From Chloroflexota bacterium (GTDB lineage: Bacteria; Chloroflexota; UBA6077), in NCBI GenBank assembly GCA_027356795.1, contig DAHVXI010000045.1, forward strand, positions 4,303 to 68,302: 64,000 nucleotides of DNA. The letters are read 5' to 3'. A program made the position numbers and the translations under genes. Position 1 is the first letter of the stretch, and every line of letters starts with the position of its first letter. Below, piece after piece: positions 9,901 to 18,828 of this stretch. Below the pieces are notes generated by a model. It did no database searches, was not told the DNA's origin, and saw only the letters and a program-made list of their open reading frames with translations.

Positions 9901-10170
9901 GTAGGGGTTCCCGTCCAGCTTGATCAGCACACCGTTCAACGTCTTGCCCTTGAAGGAGCACTGGGTGTTGCACTGGAGGCAGACGCCGTACAGCACGCTC
10001 TCGGGCTGGGCCAGACTGTATACCTCCTCGGGGCTCGGCTCGGCGCGAACCAGGGCCTCGGGCAGCAGGCCGCTTAGCAGAGCGGAGCCACCCAGGAATA
10101 CACCGCCTTTCAGCAGGTCGCGCCGGCTGATCTCCTGGTCCAGCGGCTTCCTTTTCTCACTCATTCTCAT
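6997..10170 (-). CDS. ttrA: Molybdopterin oxidoreductase catalytic subunit, tetrathionate-reductase-like (TtrA-like), Tat-exported
   Basis: 1057 aa with the twin-arginine signal SRRDLLKGGVFLGGSAL. The N-terminal Cys cluster CLQCNTQC...C binds an FeS. The protein has MopB/molybdopterin dinucleotide-binding character. Gene order B-C-A and the adjacent TtrS/R-like regulators support Ttr rather than Psr/Phs. Confidence 0.6.
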   Translation of the reverse strand: MRMSEKRKPLDQEISRRDLLKGGVFLGGSALLSGLLPEALVRAEPSPEEVYSLAQPESVLYGVCLQCNTQCSFKGKTLNGVLIKLDGNPYGPQNMLPQISYDTPLDQAARVDGKLCPKGQATVQTVYDPYRIRKVLKRAGPRGSNRWQAIPFDQAIKEIVQGGKLFAAVGEDRAIPGLKDIFAAKDAKTIKALADDAAAVAKKTMTLEEFKAKHASELSLLIDPDHPDLGPKNNQLVFQAGRIEPGRNDFAKRWVINGFGSNNWYDHTTICEQSHHIAYSWMTAQYDKGAWSPGPNHMKPDFTAAEFVIFWGTSPFEANFGPTSMTEQVTRGMVERGMQIAVVDPRLSKTAAKARYWLPVKPGDGDSALAMGMIRWIIDNQRYDKGFLQNANKAAAVAAKEKSWSNASYLVKLDDQGLPGKLLRAKDAGLAAPEGKDPAHLFVVSKGGQLLAVDPNDDKNPVEGELLAEAQGQGFRAKTAFQLLKEEAAGKSLEEYAQIAGIPVRQIEAVAREFTSHGKKAAVEFYRGAVQHTNGYYTAQALVTLNLMVGNVDWKGGLNAGGGAWASYGGKQGQPFDLNKQHTGKMAAFGVKITREGVQYEATTLFKGYPAPRPFYPYTSNVYQEVIPAIDAQYPYPAKVLWLHMGTPALAVPGGGDQIRMLRDLDRVPLFIADDVVIGETSMYADYLFPDLTFAERWAFLGLTPSEKTKGVKVRQPIVGPIPEIVTVYGEEMPISMESMMLAFAEALGTPGYGKGGFDSGLDFTRPEDYYLKAVANIAAGDAPTDGVPQADAEELRIFREARKSMPPAVFDEAKWKRAVGEANWARTVYVLNRGGRFEGYDKAYSGNYLGHPYGKLLNLYVEPVAAGKDSITGKPHSGITRYDPVKNSNGEPVKDEEYPFYLVTFKEVTGGQSRTPGNYWSQGGVLPENRVRMNPKDLAALGLKDGDLVRFSSRTNPDGTIEVVAGKPEVIVGKVQTVEGVRPGTVQVSWSYGHWAYGARETEVDGQRVPADPRRGTGLCTNALLALDQGTKTTCLTDPIGGSASFYDTRVKVMKV

Positions 10171-11441
10171 GCCTCCTCGTCGGTCTTGCTAACCAGCGGC
10201 AAGTTGCTGTAGCCGATGGTGAACAGCAGGATGGCCATGGACACCACGAAGAGGCCAACCAGCCACTCGCCGCTGCTGGGTATGTACTGGAAGGAAAGAC
10301 CCGCCTCCTGGTAGGCCGCCTCCAGCCCACGGATCTCCGGGATCACCTGGCCCGGAACGACGATGTCGATACGCACTGCCAGGAATGTCACCGCCATCAG
10401 GAAGCCGGCCAGACCGACCGAACCGACAGAGCGGGACCGAAAGACCAGCAAGAGGATGGGCACCAGAGAGCCGACGGCGAGGTGCACCAGCCAGAAGACC
10501 CACCAGTTGGAACCGAACAGCATCTCACGGTAGGCGCCGGCAGCCGCGGGGATGGAGGCATACAGGTTGATGGAGATCTCGGCCCACTCGAAAAGGAGAT
10601 CCAGGGCGAGCAGCGCCAGGGTGATTCGGCCGAGCAGGCTCACCAGGTTGCGGAACTCGGCCGACCGGCGGGAGGGCCAGAGGGCGGCGACCACGAAGGT
10701 GAGGAGGGCCCCACCCGAGGCGAGGGCGGACACCAGGAAGAGTATCGGGTAGAGCGGCGAGTTCCAGTAGGGGCGAGCCCCGATCACACCGAACAGGGCG
10801 CCGACCCCGCCGTGGAAGGCGATGGCCAGGGGGATGCCCAGTGTGCCCAGCAGCTTGAGGACCTTCCGGTCGCGATCCCGTGCGACCGTCGAGGAATCGT
10901 AGTTGCCGAAGGAGAGCAGTCGAGCGAGGAGCCCCGCGAGACCTCGATGGCTTCTCCAGGTCACCAGGTCGGCTCGGATGGCGAACCACATCTCCACCAG
11001 GACCAGGATAAAGTAGGCGGTGTAGAGCCAGACCATCCAGGCCATCATGGAGAAGGGGTTGGGTCGGGTGTACACCTCCCAGAACCTCTCCTGGTGGCCG
11101 AGGTCGAGCCAGATGGTCAGCAGCCCCGAAACCAGGGTGATGAAGGCGGTGAAAAGCGCCAGCTTGCCGATGCGCTCCAACCGCTGAACGCCTCCGACGT
11201 AGATCAGCGAGGAGAGCAGGAAAGCGCCGGCCGAGAGGCCGATGAAGTAGATGTACATGGCCACCCACAGCCCCCACGGCACGTAGCTGCCATAGTTGGC
11301 GATTTCGTGGCCCAAGGTGAACCTTTGAACCAGTCCGTAGGTGCCGGCGGCGAAGGCGGCGGCCCACACCAGGGCCAGAACCACCTTCCAACCGTGCATG
11401 CCGCCGGACTGGCGAGTTGCCGAGATCGCTGACATCTTCAC
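10167..11441 (-). CDS. ttrC: NrfD/PsrC-family integral membrane quinol-interacting subunit (TtrC-like)
   Basis: 424 aa and highly hydrophobic with about 8-10 TM helices. It overlaps ttrA by 4 nt and lies 4 nt after ttrB. Confidence 0.7.
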   Translation of the reverse strand: MKMSAISATRQSGGMHGWKVVLALVWAAAFAAGTYGLVQRFTLGHEIANYGSYVPWGLWVAMYIYFIGLSAGAFLLSSLIYVGGVQRLERIGKLALFTAFITLVSGLLTIWLDLGHQERFWEVYTRPNPFSMMAWMVWLYTAYFILVLVEMWFAIRADLVTWRSHRGLAGLLARLLSFGNYDSSTVARDRDRKVLKLLGTLGIPLAIAFHGGVGALFGVIGARPYWNSPLYPILFLVSALASGGALLTFVVAALWPSRRSAEFRNLVSLLGRITLALLALDLLFEWAEISINLYASIPAAAGAYREMLFGSNWWVFWLVHLAVGSLVPILLLVFRSRSVGSVGLAGFLMAVTFLAVRIDIVVPGQVIPEIRGLEAAYQEAGLSFQYIPSSGEWLVGLFVVSMAILLFTIGYSNLPLVSKTDEEA

Positions 11442-11445
11442 CCTC

Positions 11446-12381
11446 CTAGACCAGATAGTAGACCCTGGGGTTGGTGCCCAGCTCTTCCTTGAGACGCATA
11501 ACGTTTGGCGAGGCGATCAGCTCGGACACCAGGCTGTCAGGCAGGTTGGCGTCGCCGAAGTAGGTGGCGCCGCCGATGCAGGTGGTGGTGCAGGCGGGCA
11601 GCATGCCCGCATCGAGCCGGTGGAGGCAGAAGGTGCACTTACGGACGTTGCCCACGGGCGAGCCCTTGGCTCGGTCCCACCGCTTGCCGTACTCGAAGTT
11701 GGCCTGCTTCTCGTAGGGCTGCTGTGCGGGCGTGCTCTTGGTGTAGTAGAAACCGGAATCGAAGGTGCGCGCCGAGTAGGGACATGCTGTGATGCAGTAG
11801 CGGCAACCGATGCAGATGTCGTAGTCGATTTCCACCATGCCGTCGGGTCGCTTGTAGGTTGCCCCCACGGGACATACCTGCGTGCAGGGTGGGTTGTCGC
11901 ACTGCATGCAGGGGCGCGGGGTGAAGCGGCGCGAGACGTTGGGGTAGCTGCCGATCTCCTCCTCGATGACGGGTCGGTATACGACTCCGGGCGGGAGCTG
12001 GTTCTCCGCCTTGCAGGCGACGGTGCAGGAGGAGCAGCCGACGCACTTACGCAGGTCGATGACCATGACCCAGCGCCGCTGGTCGACCGGCTTAGCCAGG
12101 GCGCGCTGGAGACCGTTCTGCATGCGCAGCAGCAGGTTCTCAAAGTCAGGGGAGGAGGGCGCGGAGGGGACCGGAGGTGAACTCCCCGCTCCCGGGGCGG
12201 ATTGGGAGGCTGTAGTTGATTGGCGTGAGCCGGCGGCCTCGGCCGCGACCGTTCTGCTGGCCGCGCCGCCGACGGCAGCCGCCGCGGCCAGCCCCAGCCA
12301 CTTTAGGAAGCTGCGCCTTTCGCCGGCCGGCACCTCTTCTTCGGGGGCCGAAGCGGGCGAGGGTTGGTTGTCTGTGGTCAT
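11446..12381 (-). CDS. ttrB: 4Fe-4S ferredoxin-type subunit of DMSO-reductase-family complex (TtrB-like), Tat signal
   Basis: Four Cys clusters: [45 protein letters not shown]. The Tat motif is [16 protein letters not shown]. The likely start is the ATG at 12381, with AGGAGG 9 nt upstream. The ORF extends to 12477. Confidence 0.75.
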   Translation of the reverse strand: MTTDNQPSPASAPEEEVPAGERRSFLKWLGLAAAAAVGGAASRTVAAEAAGSRQSTTASQSAPGAGSSPPVPSAPSSPDFENLLLRMQNGLQRALAKPVDQRRWVMVIDLRKCVGCSSCTVACKAENQLPPGVVYRPVIEEEIGSYPNVSRRFTPRPCMQCDNPPCTQVCPVGATYKRPDGMVEIDYDICIGCRYCITACPYSARTFDSGFYYTKSTPAQQPYEKQANFEYGKRWDRAKGSPVGNVRKCTFCLHRLDAGMLPACTTTCIGGATYFGDANLPDSLVSELIASPNVMRLKEELGTNPRVYYLV

Positions 12382-12488
12382 AGTTCGCCACCTCCTGCGA
12401 GCCAACTTGGATCCGGGCAACTGGACAGACTGAACCCGGGGCGTAGATGCCTGGGTCACGGGGGAATCGTCGTCCAAGGGAGGCCCAT

Positions 12489-12565
12489 CGGGGAGAGTAG
12501 AATCCCGCAGACTCTGGGTGGCTCAGTGCGGGTAGTCCGCAGGCATGCGCCACCTGAGTTGCGGG
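12489..12565. promoter_or_regulatory. Cluster of TGCGG..CCGCA palindromes upstream of ttrB (candidate response-regulator operators)
   Basis: gaatcccgcag (12489-12499), tgcgggtagtccgca (12517-12531) and ttgcgggattcccgcaa (12549-12565, 16/17 palindromic). All lie in the ttrB-regulator spacer. Confidence 0.45.
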
Positions 12566-12591
12566 ATTCCCGCAAGATATGGAGACGGGGC

Positions 12592-13242
12592 TTAGTCCTC
12601 GGACAGGAGCCCCTGCTGGCGGGCGTACTGCACCAGCGCGCGTCGCCCGCGGACCCCCAGCTTCTCCATCAGGCGCGTCTTGTGCACCTCGACCGTCCGC
12701 ACGCTGAGGTAGAGCTCGGTGGCGATCTCAGGGGTCGTGTACCCGTGGGCGATGAGGCGGAGAACCTCGGTCTCGCGCTCGGTCAGGGGCTCTATCGGGG
12801 CGGTCTGGGGGTGCTGGCGCGGCCCCCAGCTCTCCTCGACCAGGACCCGAGTTAGCGACGGGTGCAGGTATACTTCCCCGCGGACGACGGCCCGAATCGC
12901 CTGCAGCAGCTCCTGGCCCCCGGTCCGCTTCAGCGCATATCCCGAGGCGCCGGCGGCCAGGGCCTGGTGAAGATACACCGGGTCGTCGTACTGGCTGAGG
13001 ATCAGAACTCGCAGTTCGGGGCGCTCCGCCTTCATCCGCCGGGTCGCTTCCAGGCCGCCGCCAGGCATGCGGACGTCCACCAGGGCGACGTCCGGGCGCA
13101 GTTCCCGCGCCTGTCGGACGGCGTCCTCGGCGTCCGCTGCCTCGCCGACCACCATCAGATCGGGCTGAGCGTCGAGGAGGCTCCCCAACCCTGCCCGAAG
13201 CACGCCGTGGTCATCCGCCAACAACACCTTGAGCTTGTTCAT
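12592..13242 (-). CDS. NarL/FixJ-family response regulator (REC + LuxR-type HTH), TtrR-like
   Basis: MNKLKVLLADDHGVLRAG...DVALVDVRMPGG..LILSQYDD and a C-terminal LTERETEVLRLIAHGYTTPEIATELYLSVRTVEVHKTRLMEKLG. The start overlaps the upstream kinase gene by 32 nt. Confidence 0.9.
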   Translation of the reverse strand: MNKLKVLLADDHGVLRAGLGSLLDAQPDLMVVGEAADAEDAVRQARELRPDVALVDVRMPGGGLEATRRMKAERPELRVLILSQYDDPVYLHQALAAGASGYALKRTGGQELLQAIRAVVRGEVYLHPSLTRVLVEESWGPRQHPQTAPIEPLTERETEVLRLIAHGYTTPEIATELYLSVRTVEVHKTRLMEKLGVRGRRALVQYARQQGLLSED

Positions 13243-15193
13243 CGCTGTTTGCCACCAGTAGGTTGTCGGCCAGGGGCACGGTAACGAAGATCGTCGTGCC
13301 CTGGCCGGGCTGCGACTCCATAGTCAGTCGGCCGCCGACCAGCGCAGCCCTCTCGGCTATGCCGGCGAGCCCCAGCCGTTCCCTCAGAGGGGCCGAGGCA
13401 ACGAGGTCTGGCTCGAAGCCGCAGCCGTCGTCCTCTACCACCGCCACCATATCGGCCCCGCGCCGTTCCAGGAGGACGCTCACCCCCCGTGCCCGAGCGT
13501 GGCGGGCGACGTTGGTGAGCGCCTCCTGGACGATCCGGAACACGGCCGTCTCGGCCGCCGGCAGGAGCCGCAGCCCGTCGACACCGACCGTCCTGAAATC
13601 GACCTCGAGGTCGTGCCGCTGTCCGTACTCCCGCAGGTAACGGCCGATCCCGGGCACCAGGCCGGCATCGTCCAGGGCGCTCGGCCGCAGCTCCACGGAT
13701 AGGTGGTGGACCCCCTCCAGCGCCCCCGATGCCACTGCCCGCAGCTGGTCGGCCCGTTCCTGAGCTGCCCGCGACAGACCCGACTCTCCCGCCAGCCCCT
13801 CCAGCCCCAGGACCAACGAGGTCAGCACCTGGCTGGTGTCGTCGTGGAGCTCCCGGGCGATCCGCCTGCGCTCCTCCTCCTGGGCGCCGATGATGCTGTC
13901 CAGCAGTTGGTGCTGCACCTCCTGCTTTCTAAGCAGTTCCTCCCAGAGCCGGGCGTTCTCGATGGCCACGCCGATCTGGCTGCTGATGGCCCCCAGGATG
14001 TCCAGCTCCTCTTGAGCGAACTCCCTGCGCTCGGCCGTTGTCGCCAGGTTCATCACCCCCAGAGCCCGTCCCTTGGCGATCAGGGGCACGGTGAGGTGCC
14101 CCTGGAGGCCTTCCGAACCCAGCAGGGCACAGCGGCCGCTGGAGGCATCGACGAAGCAGGCCTGGCCGATGGCAATGGCATCCCGACACGCGCAGGCCCG
14201 CTGAGACCCGTCTGCAACCAGAAGCCGCGCCTCCGGAGGGAGTCCAACCTGCGAGCCCAGTTGCAGGGAGTCCGCGTCGCTATCGAGGAGCCAGATCCAG
14301 CCCGCCGTCAGGGAGGTCAACTGCAGAGCGCGATCCAGGGCGGCGCCCAGCACCTCCTGGAGCGTCCGGGATTGGCCCACCGCCGATGCCATCAGGTTCA
14401 GGGCCGAGAGCTCGCGGTTCCGCCGGAGGAGCCGCTGGTTGAACTCCTCGGTCTGGGCCTGGGACCTGGACAGGCTCTCAGCCATGGAGTTGAATGCCTG
14501 CCCCAGCACGCCGATCTCGTCGCGGGTCCGCGGCCGCACCCGGGTGCCCAGGTCCCCTCGCTCCACCCCTCGGACCACACGGACCATGTCCGAGATGGGT
14601 CGGGTCAGGATCAGGGTGAGCAGATAGGCCACCCCGAGACCCACCAGGCTGACCGCTCCGGTCATCAACAGGAGCTCGCGGGTGGCCGTCTCCAGCTCTG
14701 TCTGAAGACGCCGGTCTGAGAGCCCGACCCTGGCGATGCCGGCGCGGCCATCGAAGATGGGAACGGCCGCATCCCGGACAAGCCCCTCCTGGGTGCTGAG
14801 GATCTCCAGGTGGTACCGATCCTGAGACCCGACGGCGTTCGCCTCCACCAGCTCCGCCGGCAGATGTCCACCGAAGGTGTGGACCAGGGGGGAGCCGTCG
14901 GGCCCCAGGACGAGCACGTACCGAACGTCCGGGTTGTTCTCCAGGGTGTCCCTCGCCAACTCGTAGAGGCCGAAGGTGTTGTTGGTCAGAATGAGGTCAC
15001 TGGAGCGGGCGGCCAGGTCTCGGGCGATGGACACGGCCCGCTGGTCCAGCTCGCGTCCGAGGGCGGCGGCGTTGCGCTGGCGCAGCTCGTAGGTGGCTCC
15101 CAGCCCCAGGAGCAGGATGAGCCCGACCACGATGCCCATGATCTTGGTCTGGACGCCGACGCTATCGGCCAGCACCAGCAGCTTTCCGATCAT
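13211..15193 (-). CDS. Sensor histidine kinase: 2 TM + extracytoplasmic domain + HAMP + GAF + HisKA_3 + HATPase_c (NarX/TtrS-like)
   Basis: The TM helices are MGIVVGLILLLGLGA and LLLMTGAVSLVGLGVAYLLTLILT. The HAMP region is DEIGVLGQAFNSM. The HisKA_3 H-box is RRRIARELHDDTSQ. The ATPase G-box is VEDDGCGF...GLAGIAERAALVGG. Confidence 0.9.
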   Translation of the reverse strand: MIGKLLVLADSVGVQTKIMGIVVGLILLLGLGATYELRQRNAAALGRELDQRAVSIARDLAARSSDLILTNNTFGLYELARDTLENNPDVRYVLVLGPDGSPLVHTFGGHLPAELVEANAVGSQDRYHLEILSTQEGLVRDAAVPIFDGRAGIARVGLSDRRLQTELETATRELLLMTGAVSLVGLGVAYLLTLILTRPISDMVRVVRGVERGDLGTRVRPRTRDEIGVLGQAFNSMAESLSRSQAQTEEFNQRLLRRNRELSALNLMASAVGQSRTLQEVLGAALDRALQLTSLTAGWIWLLDSDADSLQLGSQVGLPPEARLLVADGSQRACACRDAIAIGQACFVDASSGRCALLGSEGLQGHLTVPLIAKGRALGVMNLATTAERREFAQEELDILGAISSQIGVAIENARLWEELLRKQEVQHQLLDSIIGAQEEERRRIARELHDDTSQVLTSLVLGLEGLAGESGLSRAAQERADQLRAVASGALEGVHHLSVELRPSALDDAGLVPGIGRYLREYGQRHDLEVDFRTVGVDGLRLLPAAETAVFRIVQEALTNVARHARARGVSVLLERRGADMVAVVEDDGCGFEPDLVASAPLRERLGLAGIAERAALVGGRLTMESQPGQGTTIFVTVPLADNLLVANSDEQAQGVVGG

Positions 15194-16152
15194 CTCTGGC
15201 CCCTCACCTTCCGGAGCATCTCCCGCACGGACTCGTAGGCAGCCTGGTCGGGCACGACGAAGCGGTCGATCATCAGCCCTTCCAGGATGGTCCGCCCCCT
15301 GGGATCGGCGTCCATGCCGAGGAGGATCTTCCGCAGCCGCTCCTTCAGATCCATCGACAGGCGGGGATGCACCACCACCGGGGGTGATCCGAAGGGCTCG
15401 GAACGCCAGATCACCCGGGTGTGCTCGGCGAACTCGGGGGTTTGGGACAGCAGGTAATCGTAGACCAGGCTGTCGACCGAGGCGCCATCGACCAGCTTGT
15501 CGGCGACAGCCTTGATAGAGTTGTCGTGGCTGTAGGTGTAAACGACCCTGCGGAAGAAGCCCTCGGGGGTCTGCCCCATCTGCCAGAGGAGATAGGTGGG
15601 GACCAGCCGGCCGCTGTTGGAGTCCGGGTCGGTGAAGGCGAAGATCTTGCCTTGAAGCTGGTCGAGCCGCTCTACCGGGCTGTCGGCCGGGACGATGAGG
15701 TAGGAGCGATAGAGGGCTTCGCCCCGAACCTCCGGCGCGGCGAGCAGCTCCATCCCGAAGTCCTGCTGGCCCTGGACGTAGGCCTCGCTGCAGACGAAGG
15801 CCAGGTCGATGCCGCCCGCCCGGATCAGGTCATTCACCTCCGCGTAGCTCTTGCGCTGGACCAGCTCGACGGGGCGGTCCAATTGCGCGCCAAGGTACCG
15901 GAGGAAGTCCTGGTAGGTCTTATAGGTTTCTTTTGGGGAGATGACGCCGGCGACCGCCACTCGCAGGGGAGCGAGAACCGGCCGTGATGCCGACACGAGT
16001 TGCGGCTGCCCGGCAGCGGGGAGCAGCACTCGCTTGTACTGGGGGCCGGGGGAGCAGGCAGCGGCGAGCACCACGAGAACCATCAGGACGAGCGACGCGA
16101 CGCCCGTTCCGGGGAATGTGGGTGGGACTATCCGGCCGATGCTGTGACCCAC
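15190..16152 (-). CDS. PhnD/SsuA-like periplasmic substrate-binding lipoprotein, probable accessory sensor for the kinase
   Basis: The signal plus lipobox is LVLMVLVVLAAACS. The PhnD-like body carries LRVAVAGVISPKETYKTYQDFLRYL...DLAFVCSEAYV...IFAFTDPDSNSG. The ATGA overlap with the kinase start implies co-translation. Confidence 0.75.
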   Translation of the reverse strand: MGHSIGRIVPPTFPGTGVASLVLMVLVVLAAACSPGPQYKRVLLPAAGQPQLVSASRPVLAPLRVAVAGVISPKETYKTYQDFLRYLGAQLDRPVELVQRKSYAEVNDLIRAGGIDLAFVCSEAYVQGQQDFGMELLAAPEVRGEALYRSYLIVPADSPVERLDQLQGKIFAFTDPDSNSGRLVPTYLLWQMGQTPEGFFRRVVYTYSHDNSIKAVADKLVDGASVDSLVYDYLLSQTPEFAEHTRVIWRSEPFGSPPVVVHPRLSMDLKERLRKILLGMDADPRGRTILEGLMIDRFVVPDQAAYESVREMLRKVRGQR

Positions 16153-16257
16153 AGTCGTTTCCTGTTGCCATGACTTGACCAGTACGCTGCTGCATTATAG
16201 CTGCGCAAGGCAACTTGGCAACAATCGCCGTAGCTCACCCCGGCTGTCGCTCCGCTC

Positions 16258-16569
16258 TTACCGGCTCACGAGGGCCGCCGTTGCGATCACCCCGATAGAC
16301 AGCAGCAGCATCACCAGGCCCGCCACCGCCAGGATCAGGGGCGACACGTTGAAGAAGGCGCCGGCCAGCACGCTCGCCGTCTCCGCCGCCCCCAGAACCA
16401 GCAGCCAGGGAGCGGTCAAGTAGTTGGCTCGCCGGACCCTGGCTGTCTCTTCCTCGTTGTGGGGTATCCGCACCCCTACCCAGACTCGCTCGGCCCGCCT
16501 CAGCATGGTTACCCCCAATATGGAGAGACCGAGGCCGACCAGCATGTTGGTCATCAGGACAAGGATCAT
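16258..16569 (-). CDS. Small membrane protein (3 TM), hypothetical
   Basis: The 103-aa hydrophobic ORF overlaps the upstream aminotransferase stop by 4 nt. Confidence 0.5.
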   Translation of the reverse strand: MILVLMTNMLVGLGLSILGVTMLRRAERVWVGVRIPHNEEETARVRRANYLTAPWLLVLGAAETASVLAGAFFNVSPLILAVAGLVMLLLSIGVIATAALVSR

Positions 16570-17924
16570 ACCTTCTGTAATCCACCTACCGTGTGGGTTA
16601 TGGCATCGCCAACGATGCTGACGATTTCGTCGATCTGCTGCTCGCTGATCACGAAGGGCGGAGCCAGCATGATCACGTCGCCCCGGACCCGGAAGAGAAC
16701 GCCCTGCTCCTGTGCGTACCGCCGGATCTTCTCGCCGGCCGCCAGCGAGGCCGGCAGCGGCGTCCCCTGCTTGTCGGCTGCCAGCTCTACCGCCACCATC
16801 AGGCCGAGCCCTCGCACCTCGCCGACGCCCTCCGCCTCCTCCAACTCCTCGAGCTTCGCCTTGAGCCGCTCGCCCATGGCCGCGGCGCGCGCTACCAGCT
16901 CTTCCTCTTCCAGGATGTCGAGATTCCTGAGGCCGACGGCGCAGCAGACGGGGTGGAGGGAATAGGTGTAGGCGTGGTTGAAGCTACCCCCCGGCGGCAG
17001 GTTGCGGAAAGCCCTGTGCACTCGCTCGTTCACCATGACACCGCCCAGCGGCTGGTAGCCGCTGGTGATCCCTTTGGCGAAGGACATGATGTCGCAGTTT
17101 ACGCCCCAGTGCTCCAACCCGAACATCTTGCCGGTCCGTCCGAAGCCGGTGATCACCTCGTCGGCGATGAAGAGCACGTCGTACTTATCGCAAATCTCCC
17201 GTATCTTCGGGAAGTACTCGGGCGGGGCGGTTACCACCCCTCCGCCTCCGTGCACCGGCTCGGCGATGAAGGCAGCAACGGTCTCGGGATCCTCGGCCAG
17301 GATTTGCTGCTCCAGGGTACTGGCACATGCGATGCCACAACCCGGATAGCTCTTGTGCAGGGGGCAATGGAAGCAATCGTGGGTGGGGATGTGGAAGAAG
17401 CCCCACTGGATCGGGTCGAAGTGCTGCCAGTACTGCCGCATGCCGGTGGCGACCATGGCGGCCCCTGTGGTGCCGTGGTAGCCGAGCTGGAGCGCGACGA
17501 TCTTCACCTTGTCCGGCTTGCCGTTCATCTTCCAGTAGAAGCGGGCGATCTTGAAGGCCGTCTCGTTGGATTCGGCGCCCCCCGTGGTGAAGAAGGTTGC
17601 TTTCAGATCGCCCGGCGCCAGATCCGCCAGCCGGTCGGCCAGCTCGATAGCGGGCGGGTTGGACATGCCGGCGTAACCCGAGGCGTAGGCCAGGGTGCGC
17701 ATCTGCTCGGCGGCGGCTTCGGCCAGCTCCGCCCGGCCATGGCCCACGTTGACGTTCCAGAGCCCGGCGAAGGCGTCTATGTACTCCTTGCCGGCCGCGT
17801 CGACGACGGTGGCGCCTTTGCCCCGGACGAGAACCAGCGGACCGGTGGTGTTGTGGGCGTGGCTGTGCATCGGATGCAGGACGTGCTCCAGATCCTTCTG
17901 AACCAACGACTCCGGTTCGTACAT
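16566..17924 (-). CDS. Class III (omega) aminotransferase, PLP-dependent
   Basis: Motifs are FAGLWNVNVGHGR, FIADEVITGFGRTGKMFG and SFAKGITSGYQPLG, which carries the PLP Lys. A Cys-rich insert reads HDCFHCPLHKSYPGCGIAC. Confidence 0.9.
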   Translation of the reverse strand: MYEPESLVQKDLEHVLHPMHSHAHNTTGPLVLVRGKGATVVDAAGKEYIDAFAGLWNVNVGHGRAELAEAAAEQMRTLAYASGYAGMSNPPAIELADRLADLAPGDLKATFFTTGGAESNETAFKIARFYWKMNGKPDKVKIVALQLGYHGTTGAAMVATGMRQYWQHFDPIQWGFFHIPTHDCFHCPLHKSYPGCGIACASTLEQQILAEDPETVAAFIAEPVHGGGGVVTAPPEYFPKIREICDKYDVLFIADEVITGFGRTGKMFGLEHWGVNCDIMSFAKGITSGYQPLGGVMVNERVHRAFRNLPPGGSFNHAYTYSLHPVCCAVGLRNLDILEEEELVARAAAMGERLKAKLEELEEAEGVGEVRGLGLMVAVELAADKQGTPLPASLAAGEKIRRYAQEQGVLFRVRGDVIMLAPPFVISEQQIDEIVSIVGDAITHTVGGLQKV

Positions 17925-17940
17925 CGCTCCACTCCTTCGC

Positions 17941-18828
17941 TTAATCGGATTCTCGGCTCCGACTCCAACTAGATTTTACCTCTCGCCTCAACTCCGCCAC
18001 CAGCATTCCGGCCAGGATCAGCCCGCACCCCAGGAACTCCCGCGGCCCCAGCCTCTCGCCGGCCAGCAGGTAGGCGAACAACGCCCCGAAGACCGGCTCC
18101 AGGGAGAGGACCAGGGCGGTGTGGGTGGGGGTGGTGAAGGCCTGAACCCGGTTCTGGACCGTGAAGGCGAAGGCCGTGGCGACGATCCCCATGAGGGCCG
18201 CCACCAGGACGGTGCTCCAGCCTATGGTCGCGGGCAGCGGCTCCAGCAGCGCCGTCGAGGCCGTGCCGGCCAGCGCGACCACCCCGATCTGGACGGTGGT
18301 GAGCGTCATGGTATCCATCTTGGGGGCAAACCGGCTGATGGCCACGAAGTGCAGGGCGAAGGAGGCGGCGCAGCCCAATACCAGCAGGTCCCCCATCGCC
18401 AGGGTCAGATCGTCCACCAGGGAGAGCAACCCCAGCCCCATGGTCGCCAGCGATACCCCAACCATCGCCAGGCGAGAGGGGGTCTGGCCCAGCAGGAGAC
18501 GCGCGAAGAGGGGTGCCAGCACGACGCATAGGCCCGTGATGAAGGCGGCCTTTGAGGCGGTGGTGTAGCGCAGCCCCACGGTCTGCAGTGCGTAGCCCCC
18601 GAAGAGGAAGACCCCTATCAGCGCGCCCGCGGCCAGCTGCTGCCGGCTGGAGCGAACCAGGGCTCGGCCCGTCAGGAGGGCCATGAAGAGGAAGGCAAAG
18701 GTGAAGCGAAGGGCGACGAAGGCCAGCGGGCCGATGTTGGCCAGTTCGTTCTTGACCACCACGAAGGTGCTGCCCCAAATCAGGGTGACCAGCGCAAGCC
18801 ACAGATCGGCCTGTAGTTGCCTGCTCAA
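17941..18828 (-). CDS. EamA/DMT-family transporter (10 TM)
   Basis: There are two EamA-like halves, with LVTLIWGSTFVVVK at the N-terminus. Confidence 0.8.
   Translation of the reverse strand: MSRQLQADLWLALVTLIWGSTFVVVKNELANIGPLAFVALRFTFAFLFMALLTGRALVRSSRQQLAAGALIGVFLFGGYALQTVGLRYTTASKAAFITGLCVVLAPLFARLLLGQTPSRLAMVGVSLATMGLGLLSLVDDLTLAMGDLLVLGCAASFALHFVAISRFAPKMDTMTLTTVQIGVVALAGTASTALLEPLPATIGWSTVLVAALMGIVATAFAFTVQNRVQAFTTPTHTALVLSLEPVFGALFAYLLAGERLGPREFLGCGLILAGMLVAELRREVKSSWSRSRESD

Noticed and set aside
17290-17400. Cys-rich insertion (HDCFHCPLHKSYPGCGIAC) in the class-III aminotransferase as a possible metal site
   Set aside because: Many omega-transaminases carry a CPxxYRC-type loop at this position. 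Not distinctive enough without an alignment.
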